Assembly: GCA_963812155.1 (NCBI GenBank)
Contig: CAWETW010000002.1
Span: forward strand, 174,577-238,576
Length of the DNA: 64,000 nucleotides
Source: Vulcanimicrobiota bacterium
Lineage (GTDB): Bacteria > Vulcanimicrobiota > Vulcanimicrobiia > Vulcanimicrobiales > Vulcanimicrobiaceae
Direction of reading: 5' to 3'
Shown piece by piece: positions 57,658-64,000 of the stretch (position 1 is its first letter; the number at the start of each line of letters is the position of its first letter). Position numbers and translations under genes: made by a program. The notes below the pieces were generated by a model that made no database searches, had not been told where the DNA came from, and saw only the letters and a list, made by a program, of their open reading frames with translations.

Positions 57658-58299
57658 ATGCTACACACAAAGGCTTTGATAAGTCTAGCGTGCGTCGCCG
57701 CGGCGATAGCGGCCATTGCTTGTATCGGAACGACGACCACCGTGCACGCCAATGAAAAGAGAAACCTCGGCCTTGTCGGGGTGAAGAATGAGAAAGGTAC
57801 GTGGCTGCAAGCTTGGAGTAACGGTCAGGTCCACGTGAATCAGACGCGCAACAGTGAAGAGACATGGTTTTTGATAGCCGTCAATCGTGCCGCTCACATA
57901 TACGCATTCGCAAATTATCGTACGGGTAACTTTTTAACCAAACAGGTCGGCTCCATTGGATGTGTCAGCGCGACCTCTCCCGACTTATCAACTGCAGCCG
58001 AGTGGAAGGTAATACCCGGTAAGCCGAGTGTCGACGCGGTAGCATTGCGTAATGTTGCTGACGGGACGCTGCTCAGTGATAACGGGGGCCTAGGCAACAA
58101 TTTCCATCCCGACGTGTGTCCCGGCGGCGAGGGGTCGGCAACGACAACTACGATTCCAACCGGACCCAGCCGGGATTGGGGCGGCTGGTGGGATCTCCGG
58201 TCGGTCACTAAGCCGGATCAAAACCCGGGCAAGGAGAGCATTATGGGGGAAGCCGTTAATGTAACTCCCGTTTCCATCCCAGTGATCACCTCGCTGTAA
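57658..58299 (+). CDS. Secreted hypothetical protein (possible beta-trefoil/fascin-like repeats)
   Basis: ATG at 57658 with a signal peptide. Segments such as GTWLQAWSNGQVHV....SEETWFLIAV and GNFLTK......VSA.....AAEWKVIP resemble trefoil lobes. The GC content is lower than in neighbouring genes. Confidence 0.45.
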   Translation: MLHTKALISLACVAAAIAAIACIGTTTTVHANEKRNLGLVGVKNEKGTWLQAWSNGQVHVNQTRNSEETWFLIAVNRAAHIYAFANYRTGNFLTKQVGSIGCVSATSPDLSTAAEWKVIPGKPSVDAVALRNVADGTLLSDNGGLGNNFHPDVCPGGEGSATTTTIPTGPSRDWGGWWDLRSVTKPDQNPGKESIMGEAVNVTPVSIPVITSL

Positions 58300-58300
58300 C

Positions 58301-58470
58301 AAGTCGCCAAGATCCTCGGCGCTTACGCACGATCTCCGGCGGGCGCCCTAACCGATTCCCTTTTCTGAAACTCCATTATCGTTACGAAGCTCTGTCCGCG
58401 GCCGCGTCGCCGATCGTGGGTTGAACTTCAAGCGCGAAGGCCTGCGGGCTGGGCGCGCGCAAATGTACGG
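58301..58470 (+). other. Probable degraded remnant of an epimerase-gene 3' end
   Basis: 22-nt exact match aagtcgccaagatcctcggcgc (58301-58322) to 50980-51001 inside the epimerase pseudogene. Weaker collinear similarity follows (ggcgggcg..., ..cgcgaagg..g.g..ctgg). No intact ORF. Confidence 0.35.
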
Positions 58471-58476
58471 CTCGCC

Positions 58477-60304
58477 GTGGAATTGTTGCGTTTTTCCGAT
58501 CTCGAATGTCACTATGGGGCACGCGAAGTATTCTCGAGTCTTAGCGGAGTCTTCAACCACGGCGAACGCATCGGTCTCGTGGGCCCCAACGGCGCGGGGA
58601 AGTCGTCGCTCCTGCGTCTTCTCGCCGGCATCGACAGGCCATTCGGCGGTAGCGTCATACGGGCGAAAGGCTTGACGCTCGGGTATCTCGCACAAGGCGT
58701 TGCCGACGAAACCGAGTCGACGCTGCAAGACCTCGTTGACGCCGCGCTGTCTAGGGCGACGCACGAAGAGTCGGGCGTGCGTAACAAAGCGCTGCGCACC
58801 ATGCTCTCAGCGTTCGGCTTCGCGCCAACTGAATACGACCGTCCGCTACGCTCGTTTTCAGGCGGCCAACGGGCGAAAGTCGCGTTAACGCACGTGCTGA
58901 TCGACGAACCGGACTACCTGATTCTCGACGAACCGACGAACCATCTCGATGTCGCGACGATCCGCTGGCTCGAATCGTTCGTGTCCAACGATCCGCGCGG
59001 TTATATCGTCGTTTCGCACGACCGCTACTTTCTCGACCGGATATCTACACGCATCTGGGAGATCGAGCGAGGGCGCTTCCACGCCTACTCGCCCGCGCGG
59101 CCCGCATACACCGCGTACGTCGCAGCGAAAGCCGTGCGCCTAGAAGCGGAGCGGCGCGAGTACGAAACGTTCGTTGTCGAACGCGATAAGCGGCGCAGAA
59201 CGATCGCCGGCCTGCGAGCGACGCACACCTCCTCAGATTACAGCCAAGTGCGCAGTCGCGAGAAGCAGCTGGCGCGCGTCGAAGCGATAACCCGAGCCCC
59301 GTCTCCGGCGGCTCCCGAACGCCCGATCTCTGTCCGCCTGCGTCCATCGCGGCGCGCCGGCAGCGGATTCGCCTTCGAAGCCCGGGGCTTGAGCAAAGCG
59401 TACGATCAACAACTCTTCAGCCGGCTAGCAATCGACGTCGAGCGCGGAGAGCGCCTCGGCATCGTCGGTCCAAACGGCTCCGGAAAGTCGACGCTTCTGA
59501 AGATACTCACCGCCGCAGTGCAACCGGATTCCGGATCGGTCGTCTTCAACCCCGCGGCGCAAGTCGCGTACTTTGCCCAGAATTTCACACGATCAACTCG
59601 ACGTCCAGGAGAGCGCGCTCGCAGCCGTATTGGACGGCGCTGCACTGACCCCGCAGGATGCGCGCGGACTGCTCGGCCGCATGCGTATTAGCGGCGATGC
59701 CGCCGACAAAGCCGTGCGCGATTTTTCCGGTGGAGAGCGGCGCCGTATCATGCTGGCACGACTGATGGCGCGCGCGGCCGACATCTTGCTGCTCGACGAG
59801 CCGACCAACGATCTCGATATCGACAGCCGCGAAGCACTCGAAAGCGTCTTATCCGACTACGAGGGAACGATCGTCGTCGTCTCGCACGATCGCTATCTTC
59901 TGTCGCTTCTGTGCGATCGGGTATTGTGGCTTGAACGGGGGGCGTGGGGAGTCGTCGACGGCGGTTACGACGTGTACGAGGCGGCCCAGCGAGAGCGCGA
60001 CAAAGCGGCGATTGAGCGCGCGGTCGAAGAGTCGACCGAGCGTGCCAAGGCGTCGCGTCAAACGCCATTGCGCGTACGCTCGCAGCTAACGGGGCAGATC
60101 AAGCGAGTCGAGCGAGAAATCGAAGGCCTCGATGCGCGCGTCAGCGAGATCGAGCTTCTTTTCGAGTCACCGGAGATCTACACCGACGCGGCCGGATCTA
60201 AGGCATTGAGCCAAGAACTCGCTGAACTAAAAATGCGCAGTCGGGAGCGCGTGATCCAGTGGGAAGCGTTGCTGCATCAACTCGAAGAATTGACGGCCAC
60301 GTAA
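58477..60304 (+). pseudogene. ABC-F family ATPase (two ABC domains plus C-terminal coiled coil) interrupted by a +1 frameshift (extra T at 59583-59585)
   Basis: ORF 58477..59691 has ABC1 complete and ABC2 Walker A (GPNGSGKST) up to ..VAYFAQN. ORF 59573..60304 continues with SHDQLD..., signature FSGGERRR, Walker B ILLLDEPTNDLD and a coiled-coil tail. Deleting one T joins them as YFAQNSHDQLD. A sequencing error cannot be excluded. Confidence 0.8.
60068..60270. repeat. Copy A of a 203-bp direct repeat (partner at 63533-63735)
   Basis: Manual ungapped alignment at offset 3465 gives 193/203 identical bases. Weaker similarity with an indel extends about 35 bp upstream (60034 / 63512). Confidence 0.9.
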
Positions 60305-61657
60305 CGACCGAATTAGAGGCGCTCGTTGAGGCACGCTCGCAATCGCGTCGATCGATTTGCCTGTGAGGCTTTCCAGAGCCGGCCGGGCGAGCGACGATCG
60401 GCTCTCCCCGCGTTCGGTAAGCGCTCGCGGCAATAACTGAAACGGATTCACACCGCCTTCCGACATAATATACCAGGCCGTTGCGCCGACGTGGAGCGAT
60501 GAAAAATATTTGTCGCCGTCGCAGTCACTGATGGTTCTTGAGGCGGCGATGATGCCGAGGCCGTCTCCATTCGGTCCATTCGATTGCGCGTACTGGATAT
60601 CGTTAAGGTATTGCTTCGCTTGGCTCCGGTCGCCGGATGCGTTCCTTAGCTCGAGCGCATCGGCGAGGTGCGCCGTGCCTTCGAACCATACGCCGGAGCG
60701 GTCGCGGCTGCAGAAGCTCACGCCGCTGAAGCCGCCCTCACTGACCGATAGATTCGCTACGTCCCAGCTCGGCGCAGCGGCCCACGCCGGGTTCGCAAAG
60801 GCAAGATAACTCCACGAGTTTACGTCTTCAGGTTTGAACGTCTTGTTCGGCGTTACACCGTCGTCGCCGGTACCGGCGTAGAAGCGGCTACCACGCTCGT
60901 CCCACATCGAGCCTACGAACTGTTTGGCCCAGGCCGCGTTGGTTGCCCACTCGTTCTGACCTGACTCCGCGGCCAGCATGGCGAAAAACACGTACACGTC
61001 GAGGTTATGCTCGGTCGACTTCCATTCGATCTTCTTGCCGCGTGCCGTGTAGCCGCCGGTGTATCCGCCGGCGCCGCGTGTATCGTACGTGTTCTTTTGC
61101 AGCCAGTGCGCAATCGCAAGCGCCCCATTGAGGTACTGCTGATCCGAAGTTGCTGCGTAGGCTTGAACGAGCGCCTGTCCGACCCAGGCCATGTTTCCAA
61201 CGTCGCTCGTATTGTCGCTCACGATCACATCGTTCGGGCCTCTCAAGGGGTTAGGCGCGTAGGCCGCACGGAGGCGCCCATCGCCAACCTTGTCGTGGGC
61301 CTGAACGTACAGGAATGCTTTGCCAACCACTTCCGCTCTCGCGGTATCATCGGAAGAACCGCCTGCCAGCATCGCATCGACGAACAGCGCATCGTCATAG
61401 GTCACGGCGTCCTTGAAATTTTTCAGCGGGCCGCCGTCGAAGCTCTGCACGAGCCGCGGCGTCGAGCCCTTTGCGTATTTGTCCATCATCGCCTCCAGAA
61501 ACGTGTACGCATTGGAAATGCTCGTCGAAGATTGGTCCGTTGAAAGCGCCATGGCATTTGGTGTTGATGGAACTGCTTTAGGTGCACCCGCTGCGCAGCC
61601 TCCGCTCGCAATGAGTCCGACAACGGATGCCAGCGCAAAAGAAGCTTTTAACTTCAT
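60227..61657 (-). CDS. Lipoprotein of unknown function (possibly alpha/alpha-toroid, glycoside-hydrolase-like)
   Basis: Lipobox IASGGCAAG. The body is about 410 aa rich in W/Y/D motifs. The last about 65 codons read through the 60305-60420 spacer and run antisense into the ABC-F 3' end. The true C-terminus is therefore doubtful. Confidence 0.55.
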   Translation of the reverse strand: MKLKASFALASVVGLIASGGCAAGAPKAVPSTPNAMALSTDQSSTSISNAYTFLEAMMDKYAKGSTPRLVQSFDGGPLKNFKDAVTYDDALFVDAMLAGGSSDDTARAEVVGKAFLYVQAHDKVGDGRLRAAYAPNPLRGPNDVIVSDNTSDVGNMAWVGQALVQAYAATSDQQYLNGALAIAHWLQKNTYDTRGAGGYTGGYTARGKKIEWKSTEHNLDVYVFFAMLAAESGQNEWATNAAWAKQFVGSMWDERGSRFYAGTGDDGVTPNKTFKPEDVNSWSYLAFANPAWAAAPSWDVANLSVSEGGFSGVSFCSRDRSGVWFEGTAHLADALELRNASGDRSQAKQYLNDIQYAQSNGPNGDGLGIIAASRTISDCDGDKYFSSLHVGATAWYIMSEGGVNPFQLLPRALTERGESRSSLARPALESLTGKSIDAIASVPQRAPLIRSLRGRQFFELMQQRFPLDHALPTAHF

Positions 61658-61818
61658 CGACCATTCTTACGCGCCTCGCCGCGTTCTCCTAGGATGTCAT
61701 CATTCGCTCCGCTAGCGCGAGCGGAAAAAGAAAAATCGGCGAGCCACGACGGACCCGGATCGAGATTCTTTTAACGGCTGCCCGAGAAGCACGCCCTAGC
61801 GAGGTAGCCGCATTTTAC

Positions 61819-62817
61819 TCATAGCAGCCCTGCGATTTCGGAAGACTGGTTCGGCGCGAACTGGTTTGTGGACGCGGGCGGTTGCGCACTTGCCATCACT
61901 GCAATGGTCTCCGCGATCGTCTCTTTGGCAGTGTAATGCACCATGTGCCCGACACCATGGATGATCAGCAGTTTCGATGCAGGAATTTCTTCTGCGAGAC
62001 GCTTGGATTGGGCCGGACTTACTACCTTGTCGTCGGCGCCCGCAACGATAGCGACAGGGACCGCCAACTCTTTGTAGCGATGCTCCATCGACGCAGCCGA
62101 AGGAACCATCAGCGCCGTATCTTCAGCATTGGCCCGAATCTGCCATGGACGGATCGCCATTGCTAGCTCTGGCTTGATGGCCGGGTCGACGTCTGCGGGC
62201 GCGAACAGTTGCGCCGAAACTACGGGCGCCAACGCAGCTCCGAGTGGCGGCAAGACCGTGTAGCGCAGAACGTCACCGATAATCGGCAAAGCCGGAGTCC
62301 CGAAGAGCGCCGCATCAACTCGAAACGTCGGGAAAAAATATCCTGAAATCAGGAGCAAGCCTTTGTAATGAACCGGATATTCTAGGGCGAGCGCCAGTGC
62401 CACGAGCGTTCCCCAAGAATGCCCGACGATCACCGTTGCGCCAATGTTGAGCCTTTGCAGCGCCTCGTGCAGTAAGGTTGCCTGCGCCGCGGCCGTCCAG
62501 ACTTGGCCTCGCGGACGAGTGCTGTAGCCGAAACCGGGGCGATCGAAGGCGATGACGCGATGCGTCCCGACTAGCGCGTGGATCAGGCCGCTGGATTTCC
62601 AATCCTGAGCCGTTACGCCGTTGCCGTGCAGGAGCACGACCGAAGGCCCATCGCCTTCGTCGGTGTAGTGCAAGCGCGCGTCCCCGACGTCCATGAAGCG
62701 CCCGCTCGGGGGGTGGCGTCGTTCAGTTCGGCGAGCGGAGGCGATATTGAGCGCTGCGCCGGCAGCGAGGGCGGCGGCCGTAATTACAGCCGTCCGGATA
62801 GTCGTAGAGCGTTTCAA
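61819..62817 (-). CDS. Secreted alpha/beta hydrolase
   Basis: Signal peptide, oxyanion-hole HGNG motif (VVLLHGNGVTAQDW), nucleophile elbow GHSWGT and a distal GVGHMVH histidine. Confidence 0.8.
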   Translation of the reverse strand: MKRSTTIRTAVITAAALAAGAALNIASARRTERRHPPSGRFMDVGDARLHYTDEGDGPSVVLLHGNGVTAQDWKSSGLIHALVGTHRVIAFDRPGFGYSTRPRGQVWTAAAQATLLHEALQRLNIGATVIVGHSWGTLVALALALEYPVHYKGLLLISGYFFPTFRVDAALFGTPALPIIGDVLRYTVLPPLGAALAPVVSAQLFAPADVDPAIKPELAMAIRPWQIRANAEDTALMVPSAASMEHRYKELAVPVAIVAGADDKVVSPAQSKRLAEEIPASKLLIIHGVGHMVHYTAKETIAETIAVMASAQPPASTNQFAPNQSSEIAGLL

Positions 62818-63090
62818 TGAGTTCCGTTCACGGCGCGGGTGTAGCGCCTAGCCCGCAAGCCTTACCCATTTACACCGAACTCTACTAACTCCATCGACAT
62901 TCCGTTTAGGCACCACACGCTCGAAACGACGAGCGGCGAGCAAGCGTTGCGACAGTTATGACGGCTGGCAGAGACTATATACGATGCCGCGCTTAATGGA
63001 AGATCCGTCGGCATCCAGGGCGAGCGCGCAACCGTTCCTCCGCGCGGATTCGCGCATGTGCGCTGGATTCGCGATCGGCATGCGTTTGCA

Positions 63091-63291
63091 CTACGATACC
63101 TTTTCATCTCCGACTGTCGCTTCTCGGGCGGCCCGTTTAGCGTCGTCAGTGGTATGCGCGCAGCTGGAGTGACCGCAGCTGCAATGGCCGTAATCATTTG
63201 AGGCGCGGCATTTCTTGTCGCAATATTCGTCTTCGGTGCTTACCTGGCACTTGCAGCCGTCACCGCGGCAATTGTATTTTGAACCTTCCAT
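63091..63291 (-). CDS. Cys/His-rich small protein, candidate prokaryotic metallothionein (SmtA/BmtA-like)
   Basis: 66 aa with 9 Cys and 4 His. The pattern C-x4-C-x-C ... YCDKKC ... HCSCGHSSCAH resembles SmtA C-x-C-x2-C-x-C ... YCSEAC ... GCGHTGCNCH. No strong SD. Confidence 0.5.
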   Translation of the reverse strand: MEGSKYNCRGDGCKCQVSTEDEYCDKKCRASNDYGHCSCGHSSCAHTTDDAKRAAREATVGDEKVS

Positions 63292-63510
63292 GAGCGGCCT
63301 GTACCCACTTTAGCATAGCCAAAACCGGGCTGTTAATTGAAGTATGAAGGGCCGCAAACGCGGGAACTGCTAGCACCGTGCCGAGAATCCCGAGCGTCGC
63401 GCCACGGATGACTATTGCAATGAAGATCACCGATGCATAGACGCCCACGCTTTTGGCCACGATGATCGGTGCGAAAACCCGGCCCTGACCTTCAAACACG
63501 AGCGTGAAAG
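63260..63510 (-). pseudogene. 5'-truncated remnant of an AI-2E (PerM/YhhT) family transporter gene
   Basis: Only the last about 80 codons are present (..FEGQGRVFAPIIVAKSVGVYASVIFIAIVIRGATLGILGTVLAVPAFAA..). They match the conserved C-terminal TM region ending in LAVP. The homology stops at the junction with repeat copy B. Confidence 0.55.
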
Positions 63511-63532
63511 AGACCGAGCGCGTAAAACGACG

Positions 63533-63757
63533 TTGCGCGTACGCTCGCAGCTAACGGGGCAGATCAAGCGAGTCGAGCGAGAAATCGAAGGCCTCGATGC
63601 GCGCGTCGGCGAGATCGAGCTTCTCTTCGAGTCGCCCGAGATCTATACCGACGCGGCCGGATCTAAGGCACTGAGCCAAGAACTCGCTGAACTGAAAAAG
63701 CGCAGTCGGGAGCGCGTCATCCAGTGGAAAGCGTTTCGGGCGCATTTGCTTGCGTAG
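63533..63757 (+). pseudogene. Orphan duplicate of the ABC-F 3' end (repeat copy B, 63533-63735)
   Basis: Translates to (M)RVRSQLTGQIKRVEREIEGLDARVGEIELLFESPEIYTDAAGSKALSQELAELKKRSRERVIQW.., nearly identical to residues encoded at 60068-60270. No ABC domains lie upstream. Confidence 0.85.
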
Positions 63758-63886
63758 CCGGTAGATGCATCGCTTTTCTAGCGTTTGACAAAACCAACAA
63801 GAAGGCGCAGCATGGATAAGGATTGCTAAAGGCGGGCCATTATTGGCCGGCCTGTTGGGCTTTCCAGCCGTTGAAAGGGAGTTATC

Positions 63887-64000
63887 TTGCGCCGTTTACC
63901 GTTTGTAGTCGGCTCCGCTTTGGTCTTCTGCGTTGGCTTGCCGGGATGCTCGCGCGCGACCGGGCCGGCATTACCTAACGTCGCAAGTGCCGGGTTCTCG
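63887..64000 (+). CDS. 5' end of a lipoprotein gene running out of the window
   Basis: Own translation: a TTG at 63887 follows AGGGAG. LRRLPFVVGSALVFCVGLPGCSRATG... has a lipobox-like LPGC. Truncated by the window edge. Confidence 0.35.
   Translation, partial: MRRLPFVVGSALVFCVGLPGCSRATGPALPNVASAGFS

Noticed and set aside
62862-63197. 111-aa minus-strand ORF overlapping the metallothionein-like ORF
   Set aside because: It is in a different frame over the same DNA, has no motifs or SD, and its composition is typical of a shadow ORF. The Cys/His-patterned frame is the more plausible reading, though neither is proven.
50000-64000. Integrase, transposase or IS element explaining the duplications
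   Set aside because: I scanned the ORF track on both strands across the rearranged third. I found no DDE, tyrosine- or serine-recombinase-like sequence, and no inverted-repeat-bounded ORF of IS size. Mobile-element genes therefore cannot be reported.

Overview
GC-rich (roughly 60-65% by eye) bacterial chromosomal segment with about 60 protein genes, one tRNA and no rRNA, CRISPR array, transposase or integrase that I can recognise. The organism is probably diderm: there is an OprB-like porin ending in an aromatic residue, and many lipobox lipoproteins. Start/stop overlaps (ATGA, GTGA, TAATG, TGATG, TAGTG) are frequent. The left two thirds hold housekeeping and stress genes: tRNA-Met(CAU), ogt, a Fur-family regulator divergent from katG plus a cNMP-domain flavoprotein, a PBP4-type carboxypeptidase, Cys-type selD, an ArsR/SRPBCC-VOC pair, a TauD/APC-permease/ThrC-like operon, a sulfatase, a 5'-3' exonuclease, rpiA, gpx and chrA. 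Mixed in are many secreted proteins or lipoproteins of unknown role: an S53 sedolisin with an inserted CBM-like domain, a parallel beta-helix lipoprotein behind an ABC exporter, two phospholipase-C-like phosphoesterases, an NHL propeller and a three-repeat protein. A six-gene minus-strand operon (43.6-50.1 kb) encodes a molybdenum hydroxylase (fused 2Fe-2S/Mo subunit plus FAD subunit) with XdhC, a MocA-like protein, a 2xABM membrane protein and a DUF4440 protein. The right-hand third (50-64 kb) looks rearranged. Two genes are broken by single-T insertions. Two blocks of accessory genes are each followed by a leftover copy of the 3' end of the gene upstream of the block; the second case is a 203-bp, ~95% identical direct repeat. 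I found no clearly novel multi-gene system such as a defence island or RiPP cluster. The findings are ranked hypotheses built from motif recognition and manual alignment, not database searches.
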